A stretch of 40,541 bases of DNA, from contig FLMG01001529.1 of the NCBI GenBank assembly GCA_900088475.1, positions 1 through 40,541 on the forward strand, given 5' to 3'. The translations under genes and the position numbers were made by a program. The first letter of the stretch is position 1. The number at the start of each line of letters is the position of its first letter. Origin of the DNA: Hyphochytrium catenoides (lineage: Eukaryota > Protista > Hyphochytriomycota). The notes under the pieces were generated by a model. The model saw only the letters and a program-made list of their open reading frames with translations, had not been told where the DNA came from and did not search any database. Positions 13,045-26,300 of the stretch are shown one piece after another.

Positions 13045-14249
13045 ACTCTAGCAGTCCTCGGCCCACCTACCTCGCATTTACCTGGTTCATCAGCTAAAAG
13101 TTGCATACTAGTAGAGTTTAGCCGGCAAACGGTGACAAGCAGACCCTGAAATGAAATTGTTCCACAGCAATTCCAGCCAGTCAGTGGGAAAGGCTCCTCT
13201 CTGGTGCTCCGGTGGTACTGCCACAATAACAATAAAGCCAATTAGTTAAAGTAGTCAAACATCGACGACATCCAAGTTCTAACAACCCCGCAGGGAACCG
13301 CAGCAAGCAGGAGAGCTACATCATCATGTTGATATCCACATTTTCAGCGCAGATCCTCGTCTTCATTTTCCTCTTCGTCGGCCTTCGGAATTGCTCATGG
13401 ATAGCCGCTGACCGTCGTTGAGCTATCGGCCTGCACCGGTAAGCGTCAAGATGGCTCAGATCCGTACTTTTGGCAATATTAGCTCAGGTGCATCTCACGA
13501 CTCCTCACGGTGGTGAAGGCTGCCTGATGAAATAGTCATTTCCCATCTAATGGAGTTTACTCTCAACACTAAGTTTCACTCTTCAATGACGGAGTGACGA
13601 AGGAGGTAGTACGTTCGGCGCTTTTACTTCTTGGGGAGCCTCTGCTGGCGGACGCGGGCGGTACCTAAGACAGCATGTGATAGTAACAATAGCTGCTGGC
13701 CCAGGTGCCTGCCTTATTAGCTTCTGCTAGCATCATCATCATGTAGAGGTGGTAGTCTCTTACAGTAAACTTTGGGCTTCCAATAAACAGTAGTAGAACT
13801 ACATCTTTCTCTCTGATTCCCACAGCAACAAGCGCAAGCGCCGAACACTACTTCATGACACAGTTCTGTTTTACAATTGTACAAAGGGCTTTAAAGTTAC
13901 TACTCACAGGAGTGGGAAGTTTTGCTTAAAGCATTAGTACTAGTTCCGTTACACTAACTCTTAGCGTCGCCAGACAAACAAGGTTGCTGTGAAGACTGCC
14001 GTGCTGTTCGTGGCACCATCCTCGCTAGAGAGAGCTCTGGGAACTTGAGTGGATAGAGGTCTCCGTGGCGCTTGAGCTCATCATGGACCATCATTAGCCT
14101 TCGTACTTTGCAGCGCCTACTATGCGCAGTAGTAGTAGATGTACTCACTATCTTAGCTGGTTGAAGGAAGCTGCCAAAGACCAGTAAATTGACCAGAGAG
14201 GACCAGTGCTAACGTTTCAGAGGCTGCTCAGTCAGCGTATCCAGCAAAG

Positions 14250-17128
14250 ATGTCCAATGCCGGGACGACACACTTTTCTGACGTGACAGCAGCACAAAAG
14301 GTAGTCGATGTAGCGTAGTTTAGTAACCCTATCGGATGAGGATTTTCGACTCTTAGAGCTCTTGTACAAGGAAGAGACTGAGCACTAACATAGAGCACTT
14401 GTCCGTGTTCACAGAAACCCGCCAACGGTCTCGCTGATAACCATGATGAGAGTGATTCAGCCGTGAACGATACGGTGAGCTCGGAACTCCTCAATCTGTC
14501 TGCCACTACCCTCACTGATGCTTTCCACTTCCTCGCGGGTGGTAGGGTCTTACGGACAACCAGAACAGGCTGTTATACCTCGTCTCACTCTACTCGCATG
14601 TCGCAAAAAGTGCTGACGATAAAGAAGAATGGATTCGGAAACACGCTCTCTTGGTTCTCATATATGAGGGGATCATAGCTCAAGTCTTTGATTACGACTA
14701 TGCGCCAAGTTCAGAGATTGTAGAAAGCAGGCGGAAGTACTTCAACGTGACACAGGAGGGCAAGTCTGACCTGGATTTCCTTAGGGAAGAGGGTCTGATT
14801 TCTGCATTGAGGTTATCCACTAAAGCGTTCTACCCAGCCACTTGCTACCAGATATCAGAGAAAGGCGAAGAGCTCGTAAAGAAACTCTCAAGACCAGAGA
14901 AGGACGCAGTTCATGACCTAGTCTATGCCCCGAATAGCCGTGAGCTCCTGAAGGTAGTTTGGGACGGCGACACTTTCTGGCTTAAAGCAGCAAACGGTTT
15001 TGCAAGGCAGTCGACGGTGACGGACACTGAGGACATATGCTACGTCTCAAGTGCCTATGTGCCCCAGTGTTTGCGTCGTGGAGGCCGGCCCACACTTAGC
15101 AACGCTCACAGAGCTCACGAGAGCGGTCTGGCTGGCTCCTCCTCCCTGAAGTCTCAGCTGGACGAGCTTATCACTCTGAACTCCGTATCAATTATAGTAG
15201 CTGAGTACGTCCCGTTTGGGTCAAACCAGCTGGTTCAGATCAACTACAATATTGGTTCAACGGAGCGAGTACAAGGTGGTTTCTTGACGACCGGGGTGGA
15301 TGTAAATAACGGCGACACACAGTTTCATGTGGACCCGGAGCTTACGTCAGTCAACATTCTAGATTACTCTTTGACCGGCCATGTGAACTTTGAGGCGGAT
15401 ATTCGGTTTCCCGAAGCCTCGGATGTAGTACAGGTGGAGACTTTTGGTGTCGCTCTAACCTCAGACGGTTCGTGTTTTTATGGCATGCAGATTGAGGCTA
15501 TGATGGACAGGATCAAGGATAATCTTTCGCTGGACCAACTCTCAAGACTGCTTGTGGATGTACATCAAGATAGCTCGCGCATTCTAGCGAGCATTGTTTC
15601 CGAGCACCAACGTGAGCTACTGGAGCTTGTCTTCATGGGTGACGCAATGAACAGAGATAAGGTCAACCTCATCATTGCGAACGAAATTATCCCTCATCTG
15701 AGTGCTGAAGAGTACCTGGATAAGGGCGAGTATGAGAATGAGCTCAAGCAGATCCTTGGCGATACCCGGGCCGCTTTTGACATCAGTGAGAGCGATACTA
15801 TTATCTTTGGAGCCAACGGCCTAATGCTGGCTGGGCCAAACTCGCGGCACCATGAACTGCTGCTAACAAGCTATCTCAAATTTGTCTCGCTGGATGTCTT
15901 TCTTAGGAACTACTATGGTCGGCTTTTCATTTTAATGGACGATGTGGCGACGACGAAGAACTACATCCAGAAACAAGCTGTCAGTGATCCAAACTCTCTA
16001 GAAAGGACACAAAGCATCGTATCATCCATTGCCCAGCAAGCTTTCCTCATGAGTGAGATATTAGGCTTCGTGGACGAAGCTCTTGCTGTGATGAAAGTCC
16101 CAGCAGAACCTCCAGAACAGGCTGGTCGCAGCTTATATGAGCGCTTGCAGATAAGGGAGATGAAGGATCAGCTCCTGAGGAGAGCGCAGGAGCTGAAGAA
16201 GAACAATGAAGTCGTTCATAACGACCTCTCCATCTTGCGTGAACTTGTCTCCTTCCTAAGCGAGGCAAGGACAGCTAGACTGACTCAGAACTTGGAGAGC
16301 AATCTGAAGTCACTGTGCGAACTACAAGGTGCTAATGATCGAACGAGAAGGGCGCTAGAGATCATCCAAGTAATGCTGGGAGGTGCTCTGTTATTCGCAG
16401 TCTTGGATAGACTAACAGGCGGCTACACCGTTGACGACGTTATGTGGATTAAGACCTTCACCACCAAAATCATCCAGGACCTTCCTCTCATATGGTTCTT
16501 GCTTAATATACTCTTGTGGGGCGGGTTGGGCTACGGCCTAATTCGCCTTATGCAATGGCTCCACTGGAGGTATGAGGGCGAGGCAGTGGTGAGGTCCATC
16601 GTCAACCAGCACATCAGCTTGGCTAACCTGCAGCAGCTGATCAACACAAAGGAAGTCTCTCAAGAAGAGCGAGACTATGACAAGGATCTGCTCATCGTTA
16701 AAGTGACTTACAGAGACAAGGACCCTAGACCTTGGGGTGGACTGGTCCCAACAGTGACCCTGAAGTACGAGGAAAAGTACCAGTTCCTCCTCTCCATCAC
16801 CGTCAAGTATAACAAGCGCTATGCAAAGAACAAAACCCTTGTTCTATCAGGAGAGGAGCTACGGGCTAAAATCATGTCTGACTTGCTCAACTTCTCAGTC
16901 TTTGACGACAACAACGGGAGAGGGCTCACGCTAGCAGAGGACAGGCGTAAGCCTGTGGTTAGCCAAGAGTCATCAGAGGTGAAGTCGCCCAAGAATCCCC
17001 AGGGTTCTGGAGAGGTAAGTAATGGTGGCCAAATAGATAAGGCGCAGGCAGGTGGCAGTGAAGCTGGCGGCGGAAGCAGTCCGGCGCAGGTAGTTCCCGT
17101 CATTCCTGGCGAAAAGACAGCCAAATGA
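14250..17128 (+). CDS. Uncharacterised ~900-aa membrane protein: large soluble N-terminal region, coiled-coil stalk, two TM helices, C-terminal soluble domain
   Basis: The 825-aa ORF extends upstream in frame to an acceptor at 14545 (GLTDNQNRLLYLVSLYS...). Two short phase-0 upstream exons fit: 14250-14300 and 14415-14474. Hydrophobic segments are IIQVMLGGALLFAVL and LPLIWFLLNILLWGGLGYGLIRLM. The start position is less certain than the gene itself. Confidence 0.88.
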
Positions 17129-17213
17129 TGTGCCGAACTGTCATATGATATACAGGGATGGAATGGTAATCCTCGCCAAGAGGTACATAGCAAAGAGACA
17201 GAACTAGTCAGCC

Positions 17214-17606
17214 TTGATGAATCACTGCGTATTCTACCATCGTCGTGAAGGTTTGAACATTATCTATAAAAGTGAATGAAAGTAAATGTGCCAAAATATG
17301 TGACGATTGAGAGAGCACGTTACCGAGGCGTGCATCCTGCCTTCCACCAGGTCGCTATTTCTCCCTGCATCATTCAACAAGCTCCTTTTCTTTGCTCGTT
17401 CTTCGCGTCTCTGATTCTCAATCCTCCGCTCCTGTAGAGCTTCATTGGATTTTTCATCAGTAGCTTCTGCTCCTCATGCAGGCAAACAAAGCTCCTCCCT
17501 CATTATCCGTCCAGATACAGGTTTATCAAGCCTTCGCTGTTCTATCCTGCTTTGCCCCAGTACGTACTTTCGTCCTCGAGAACACCTTCCTTAGGTGTCC
17601 ATCTCC
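17214..17606 (-). CDS. Possible small spliced gene fragment encoding a charged helix
   Basis: Exon-like segments RWTPKEGVLEDE|gtacgt ... cag|ATDEKSNEALQERRIENQRREERAKKRSLL join in frame. Start and end are unresolved. Confidence 0.25.
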
Positions 17607-18297
17607 TAATGAATCGATGGGTAGCTAACCTTTGTATTGGCTAATTATCCGACTGCCGAGGGCTAGTATAGACTTTACATGTTGCAGGGATGCAATGATC
17701 ATGGCAAGCGATGAAGAGTTTTCACGCTGCTGTCGATGCTGGCACTGATTATGCGAATGAAGCTGGAAGTCTCTACTTCGAAGTGTTTTCCATAAAAATT
17801 TATGGCTTTTATAATATGAGACAGAAAGCCGATGACTGACGGATGGCTGATGACCAGACTTGTTAGTCAAAAGCATGAGACTAAAATGGCAAAATATCGG
17901 ATATTGGTTTGGCGCTCATAACATTTGATAGTACTCTACGGGGGTTTGTTACTCCCAGGTCAAAGGGAGTTCCCCTATACTTGCTTGCTATACCAGGGGT
18001 ACCCCCCACCCAGGGGCAGACAAGGTCAATGCGCCGTCACCCCAAAGGTGTGGCACTTGTGTGTTTTATTAGGTGGTCCCAAGTCCCCATACAAACTGCC
18101 CGTGAAAGGCTCTGGACCACCAACCCGAACCATCCACCACCAATGCCGCGGGATGTTGCCGCGATGAAGTTGCGCTCCTGTAGCCCTGTGCGCTGTGTTT
18201 TGCCTGGCCTGCCCCGATCTCTGTCGCTCTGCACAGATACCTCAATCAAACACCGTCATCACCCCTAGCAGACGGGACCTGAACTAAGCCGAGAACC

Positions 18298-18878
18298 ATG
18301 GTAAGTGTGGCTTGATGTGCTATAGATGAGCAACTTAGATCTCTTGAGATTTGGGAATGGCCCTCAATGTCTTGTCGTCTCAGATGGTGTGTTCGGATTG
18401 AGTGCTCACGCATTGAGCTACTGCCAATGCTCCAAGCGAGTTCTTTGCTGCGCAACTATTCATCATTTGGTTTAGTGGCTTCGAAACCACCCCGCGTCGG
18501 AAGATCACCTCACGCTTGATATCGTCTTTCCTCAGACTAAGGGAACGTCAAGTTTCGGTAAGCGCCACAACAAGACCCACACGCTCTGTGTGAGGTGTGG
18601 AAGGAGGGCTTTCCACATTCAGAAGTCTACTTGCGGCTCCTGCGGCTACCCTCAGGCCTCCATGCGTAGATACAACTGGAGCGTGAAGGCTAAGCGCCGC
18701 CGCACCCAGGGCACTGGACGCATGCGTTACCTCAAGGACATGCCTCGCAAATTCAAGAACGGTTTCCGTGAAGGTGAATGCTCCCCAGCGTGCTTGAAGC
18801 TCCTTAACCTAGACATCTGACAGGTTCCATGTTTTAGGCACCACTGCGAAGTCAAAGAAGGCTGCCAAGCAGCAGTAA
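18298..18878 (+). CDS. RPL37: 60S ribosomal protein L37 (eL37), 3 exons
   Basis: Exon 1 is the ATG alone (18298-18300). Exon 2 (from 18536) reads [39 protein letters not shown]...[20 protein letters not shown], with the C4 zinc finger. Exon 3 reads [12 protein letters not shown]. Confidence 0.98.
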
Positions 18879-20314
18879 ATGAGGTTCCCGTAGCGTGCAA
18901 TCAGGTTTAGTTGTTCAGACGAGAAGGGGTTGACTGTGACATAAAGCAGTGTCAAATGAACAACTTATACAGGGGGAAGCAGTTTGCTTGCTCGTCTTCT
19001 CTTGATCCCTTTGTCCTCGTTAGGAACGGGCTCCTTTGCCACGAACGAGCACCTCTCTTAATTGTCTCTTTAAGTGGTGATACTCTAGTGTCCCTTCCTC
19101 TTCAAATTTTCTTGGTGAGGATTGCCGGATCCATCTCACTCTCCTTCTAGCACTATGAGGGGTTACTGTCCAGAAGTTTGGATAAGGGTTGAATCTTCGC
19201 TTAGTGACTCACCTACTGAACAGTGCAGTACGATTATGGTCCAAGTAGCATCAAATGAGGAATGATGCCCGCAAATGGATTTGTCGAACCAGGGTCCTCC
19301 TTTTTGCAGGAAGTGAAGTGAGGGAAACTGATGTGAGGATGGGTAACTGCTTTGTGAAAAATAGACTTTCAGGGACTGTAAGCGTCAGCAGCAGCTAGCT
19401 GTGGATGTCGAGGTTGGATGTGGAAACGCTGTCTTGTTGCTCCTTTCCAGTGGGCCAACGTAGGCCTTTCAAACTCCACTAACAGTAGAGCATGAATGCG
19501 CTGACTTGTTTCTAAAATACGAGCACTCGCAAGGGGTAACTCTTTCCGCAGAAAGTCATGAAGGTTTGTCTGCAGCCCTGCTCACTCACATGGCACAAGA
19601 GGTGCTCGCATAGTATCAGGCCATCATCCGGCCAGGTCCTTCGTTACATAAATATATACCTTCACACACACCTCGGGAAGCTTGTGGACGTCGTGGTGGC
19701 CCTTAGACCAGCAGCCCAAGAAGATAACGAACGTCCAGGAATGCGAACCAATCTCTGGATATGTCCACAGCGTTAATGCCCTTGATCCTGTTGTTGTCCT
19801 AGTTGCTGTACAGGCAGATCTGGGAAAGCTTCAGAACGATCTTCAAGAACTAGTAAGCCCAGTCTTTTATGAACTCCAAAAGTACCGTCAACGGCAATCG
19901 CAACACCTTCACATGTCTATTATAAGTAAGAAGCTCAACTTGAGCTCGCCCTCTCTCCTTCGTGCTCACTCACACCTGGCAGCAGCAAGCCATTACTCTG
20001 TTCGCTTCTTAAGCCAGGAGGCTGCTTGTCTGCATATGCGTTGAGCAGTGATTTGTCCATATCATCTACGGCTAAACAAGCCAAAGAGGATGTGGAAGGC
20101 GGCCAGTGAGTCATACTGGCCAGGTTAGAATGTGCCTAGCCTTGCTAGGGGTGAGTCGATGATCCTCAAGCATTGAAGTTGGACTTGTGGCGAAGTAGAT
20201 TGAGAAAGAAGATAGTGTCTGCTCTCTCTTGGTGGCAGGAGAGGATCGTAGTAAAGGATTGAACGATAGCTCAGGGTGCTACACATTGTGAGGTAACAAA
20301 CGGAGATAGGCGTC

Positions 20315-23300
20315 ATGGGGAATGTGTTGATCCGCAACCCTACTGGCAGCCTGGACGCTGCTGCAGTATCCTCCCAATATCGGACATACGTGCTGGAATA
20401 TAACCAAAATGTGGTCTATCAGAAACTTCTCAATGCAGATAGTAGGTATGATACGGATATAACCCTTGTTCGACCAGCATGGAGCTCAGGCTAACCGTGG
20501 CACCAAGGTTTATGAAGTCGGTGCAGGTTAAATGCAATGGTGGTGCTCTCCTGGTCAAGGTGTACATCAAGGCTGATGCACAGGAAAAGCTTGAACCGTA
20601 CCAGGCAGCGGTGCAACGAATATACCAAGCGCTCTCATTAGCTAAGCAGCCGAACCTACTGCCATATCAGGTAGAGTTCTGGCGTACACCTGGGCAAGCT
20701 TACATCGCTAATTGACTGACCAATATTGCTGCAGGAATGGAAGTGGTCGTCACGGTTAAATGTGGCCTTTCTAGTGCGGCAATTCTTCATGTACAACCTT
20801 CATGACAGACTCAGTACGCGACCATTCTTGACACAAATTGAGAAGAGATGGCTCACCTTCCAGATCTTGAAGGCCTTAGAGCAAATGAAGGCTACAGGTA
20901 GGAGCTGTTTTAGTGGCCGTGATTCACACTTCGTGTTCGGGCTAAAGACGGCCGAAAAGGAATATGCCATGGAGATATCAAGAGCGAGAATGTCATGGTC
21001 ACTTCGTGGAACTGGATCTTCCTTACAGGTAGGCTAAGCTTCCGTTCGTAATTAAGGCGTGGTCTTCACTCTTGTCCCTCAGACTTTGCATGCCACAAGC
21101 CAACTTATCTCCAGGAAGACAACCCGGCCTACTTTTTCTACTACTTCAGGTTTGTCCACGCGGAATGACTGCAATGGCCCATTACTCGCCCATGACACTT
21201 ATTGACTTGGATTTGTCAAATGAAAACCTACAGTAGCTCGAGTAACACGCGCAGATGCAACGTGGCGCCAGAGCGCTTTCTCAAGTCTTCTGCAACTGTC
21301 GATGCTGCCTTCTTATCAAACCTTGAAAACAGTGCCATCTCTCCTGAGGAGTTTGATCGCCAGGTAGCTCATTACATTCATTAGAGCTCACAAGAGACTC
21401 CCTGACGAGTTTCACGGCAGGCGGAGCTCTTTGGCGTTGATGCTAACGGTGCCAGAAGCTCCAGCCCACTGCATGAGAGCATGGATGTCTTTTCAGCGGG
21501 TTGTGTCATCGCTCACATCTTCCTCGGTGATACAGTAGTTTTTGACTACCCTGCGTTGCTCCGCTACCGGACGGGCGATGACTCAATGCTGTCTGAGCTC
21601 AGAAATATCGAGGATGTGCGAGTACAGGAGTTAGTGCGTCACATGATTCAGAGGTGAGGGTGCCACTGCTTGGGAAGTATGCTAGTTTGTTTCCAGGTGT
21701 TGTTTATGTGACAGATCTTATATTCATCCTTCTCTGTCGATTGAACTTGAAAGCAATCGTTCCTCCCAACATGAGGAAGTGCCCCTGTCCCATATTCAGT
21801 ATTTTCTGTTGTTTTCGCAGTTCTCGGTCTGTCCGATGCTCATAGATCCAAGGACCTCAACGTGCTAGTGAAGAATCTTTCGGTGACTGCCAAAATTCGC
21901 TTGCTGTCCACTTAACCACTCCACTCCTGACAGGGATCCTCGGAAGCGCTTAGGTGGTGGGGACTATTTGAAGATGTTCTTGGGCGAAGACAAGCTCTTT
22001 CCACTGTACTTCAACGCATTATACCAGTTTATGACATCCCTATTGTCCGAAGGTGGGTAGAGACGACCAGTTCATTGTGGAAGAGCTGCAACCTTTCCAA
22101 TAACTGAAGTACTGTGTCAGACTACCGGTCTGCAGACTCCAGAATCAATCTTGTGTGTCGAAAGTATGACTGGATCCTTCGCAAGTTGGCTAACGTGACG
22201 GACAGTGACGGAGCCGAGTTTTTCTCTAAAAGAGCCCGGCTGTTGGATGATTCCACACACGAGTCTAGTTCCAATAACAGTAAGTACCCAAATGAAGGAA
22301 TCAGTTGTCAGACACTCCGTGGAACACAATCCCTCTGTTCCCCCAACAGCCGCCAAAAGTGAGTCCGAGTTGACTGGAGAATCTGCAAAGAATGGGCTCC
22401 AAGGTTTGCTGAAGGATGCCAACGAGTTCGAACAAGACCTGCAGCAGGCAATATCCATTTCTTCTAAGCCCTCAGACCATCCAGCGGCTAGGTATGGCAA
22501 GTGATTGAGAACCAAATTCATAGTATTGACTGGCAGCTTCAAAACAGTCGAACCCGAGTCAAAAGTGAAGAAGTTTGGCATGGCCTGAATAAGTCATGCG
22601 TGCGTGCCAGTGACATGATGAGAATAAACACTGTAAAGACCCAGTCCCCGTCCAAGGATGCCGGCCTGGCCATCGTGTTATCCGTTGTCATGTCGTCGCT
22701 ACGGCATGTACGTCTTCCTCATTCAAAGTTGACGGGAATTGCACTACTGGTCCGGTAAGTTGACCTAGAAAGGATTTCTTCTTACGCCAACTATTTATTT
22801 ACCGTTCTTTACACTTGGCCAGTCTTGGGGCCCATGTAGACGATGATCTGAGGCTGCAGCGCATCGTACCCTACTTACTGGCGATACTGAGTGATAGAAG
22901 TGCCCAAGGTAGCGTTTGTGCCGCGCCGTACAGGAAAGCGGCTGACATCTCAAACTCGCAGTTCGAGCCGCTGGCATCCGGTCGCTGTCAGTTGTATTAG
23001 GAATGGTCACATCCCTCTCACCTTCGGATATCAACATCTTTCCTCAGTACATCCTCCCTGCACTCACTCGCTTCCCCTCGGACCCTGAAGAAATGGTAAG
23101 GAATGTTTGATGTCGTTATCAAATGTTGCCGACTGGTGACTGACCATGAGTACGTAACCATTCTGCTGTCCCTAGGTGAGAGTCGCATTTGCAGAGTGCC
23201 TACCCAAGTTGGCAGAGACTAGCCGCAGCTTCTTGGACATCGCCTTCGCAATGCGACAGGACATTGACACAGAGGACAGGCTGGTTGGTAAGGACTCTTA

Positions 23301-26300
23301 CTGGAACTCCTATCGCCCTATTCCTAAGCCTTTGCAGTACCTAGAGGCAATGCCTTCCCTCACTCTATTTTATTATAGGGAAAGCCAAACCTAAACGTGG
23401 AAAGTCTGCCACAGACAAGGACTCTTTCAATTTTGATAAGGAGCTTAGTAGGCTCCACGAGGTATTCTTGACTCCATCAGCATCCTCTTGCCCACTTTTT
23501 AACAGAATATGTATAGATGATATCACGATTTGTTCTCCGGGTAGCAGCGCCGGATCAGAAGAGCTCCTCTCCCTTGGTTAAGCGTGCGCTGCTTCGCGAT
23601 ATCACTCGCTTGTGCATCTTTTTCGGCCGGGAGAGAACTTTAGACGTAGTCCTTCCGCAACTCATTACCTTTCTAAATGATAGAGACTGGGAGCTGCGAT
23701 CTGCATTCTTTGAGCATATCGCGGGAGTCTGCGCCTTCGTTGGGCGCACGTCACTGGAGATGTATATATTGCCATGTATTGAGCAGGCTCTCATTGACGT
23801 AGAAGAAATTGTCATTGCTAGGGCGTTACAATGTCTTTCCGTTCTTTGTGAGCTTGGGCTCTTCCAGCGCCATGCATTGGTAGAAAAGTCCCAAACCACT
23901 GCTCCACTATTATTGCACCCGAGCTGGTGGATCAGGTACGGCTTACTATTTACAGGCCGATGGAAATGCCAGGGAACGGGAAGTGAGGGTCTTCTGGGTT
24001 AGCGACGAGGTGTTCTAGAGCTCATTTATTTCATTCCAGGGACGCCGCTGTCAGACTAATGGCTACCATTGCCCGAGAGCTTGGCCCAGTTGATGTCCAA
24101 GCCTTTCTTCTGCCAGTACTTCGCCCTTACCTCCAGACTCCACTCTTAGCAAAGAAGATCGATGCTGCAACAATAAGGTTTTAAGTCTATCCAATTCACC
24201 CCACCTCCCTTTCATAATGTTTGATTTGACTAACCTGAACACTCTCTAAGCGACGCGCTCCGGAGTCCTGTCTCACGAGAAGCTTTTGATAAGGCACTAC
24301 TTGGTGGCTATCAGGGCTTGGAAATCGGGGCAGTTCAACCGGTACCCAACCTTCCGCATGGGTTGGAGCAGAACAAGGATGGTTTCGTTGCGGTAACTGT
24401 TGGCAATGTAAGTGCCAGCTGTTAGAATGTAATATCATGCTCGGCTTCTGTAAAGGGGTCCTCATATCAACCTTTTGAAAACTCAGGGTGGTAGCAAGAG
24501 TCAGGAGGACCATAGATCGACTGCGGGGCCCCCAACGCCGCCTTTTGCCGGTAAGTAATGCTTTATTACCTGGCATGGCGTAGGTCTACCCTGAGCTGCA
24601 TAGTAATAGGCATAACTGAAGGTTCAGCGACGGATGCACAAAGCACAGACGGTTCTGTACAAGCTGGACTTGTTGATGGGGAGCTGGACAAGCTTCGTAT
24701 GATTTTTAAATACGTGGAGGCAGCATCTAGGCAGATGAGAAGTAAACTTCATGTGGCACGCTCCGAACAATCGGCTAAGCTAAAAGGCCAGCAGGTCCAC
24801 AGACAGTGTTCACTTTTTCCATTTAAGCACTGACTCACCGAAAACTAAGTTCCCGTGTCCTTCCTTCCATGTATATATGGTTCTATTTGCGTTAAACACC
24901 ACGATAGGGCGAAGGCGACCCCTCACTAACGCATTTCTCCTTTAGGATGCGGCACTGCATGTTGATTATGCCAAGAAGATGAACTCCTCCATGCTACATA
25001 CCCTTCGGATCCCCGATCAGCGGATAACGACGATCTCCCCCAAGCATTATCAAAGTAAAATCAGTCCCCAAGGGCAGAAGGGGGTCGCAAGAACTGACAA
25101 TAGTCTTGGCCGAAAGACTTGTCGCTCCCTCGAGGAAATTGTTGGAGTAAGCCAGTTTCTCGCTTCATTCCCCTGCCCACACGACCACCGTAAGCTAACG
25201 CACCGCTCTTCTCTATCCTACGCGTGATCTAAAAGATTTACGGACTGACACTTAATCCTGTCACCCAAAATGATACCCCGTCAACCCCACGTGGGACAAG
25301 CATTCCTCCTGGAACTGGTAGTCCCGCAGAAGGTAAGGGCTTAAAGAGACTACTGTGAGTGGTGGACACTGAGCTTTCCTTATGGATTAGCCTATCTGCA
25401 AGGAGTGGAAAGGACGCGCAGAGAAGAACGCTTAGGGAGCTCGGACAGCACCTCCGGCTCGACGGTCAGTTCCTGAAGCGATGTTCTTAGGGACTTGATT
25501 GCCCCTAATCTGAGATGCACCAGAAAGGAGTGATGAAGAAGCTGAACAAGGTGGAGAACCCAGACCCTTTCCTTCTGGACGCAGCTTCGGTCATAAGCAG
25601 AATCAACTCTCTTTGTAAGTGCACTCCTTAAGCCCACAGCAATAGGGTTAGATTGGGAGAATAGTTACAGCAAGAGCCAGCGGGCCGGTGCCCAGTCTAA
25701 CAAAACAGAGTAATGTGACTGACTCGAGATACAGCCATCCCCCCTCTACCACAATATTTTGGCGTCCTCTCAACGGAAGAGGGTCTGCCCTACTCGATCT
25801 ACAATCCACCATCAGCTTCTGCATCCAGGTACGTAGGGCTCTAGTTGGAATGCAAGACTATGAGTTATTGGTATCGTGGCTCTACTTTACTCTGCCGATG
25901 TGTATCACACCAACGAGCTTGCCCTCTGTCTTGCATGCATCTATTAACGTTAGCTGTCGCTATATGTCCTGCTCTCGTCACCTCCGTGTTCGCTCCATCT
26001 CTCCCACGTGCTGTTAGTGTGGGTGCAGGTTCCGTTGGTGCCGATACCAACTTCAGGTATATACCTTCAATGGAAAGCAGATAGGCTATCCATCAGGAGT
26101 CACGATACGTTCTTTATAGGGATTGGAGACCCAAGGAGGGCGTCTTGTTGGCTGAGATCAAGGAGCACACTGCTGCGGTTAACCGACTCGCTGTCGCACA
26201 AGTAGGCCCAGTTTTCCTTGTTTTCGAAACCCCTCCCTAATCTCTTTGCTAACGGGCAATTACGTAACCCTTTGTCTAACCGGCACCGGTTGCACTGCTC

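Noticed and set aside
16047-17193. Minus-strand ORFs overlapping the 825-aa ORF, and similar ones inside FARSB, VPS15 and the cNMP gene
   Set aside because: Antisense shadows of real coding exons.
19558-20337. Short ORFs on both strands between RPL37 and VPS15
   Set aside because: I could not build a consistent spliced frame or find a recognisable domain.
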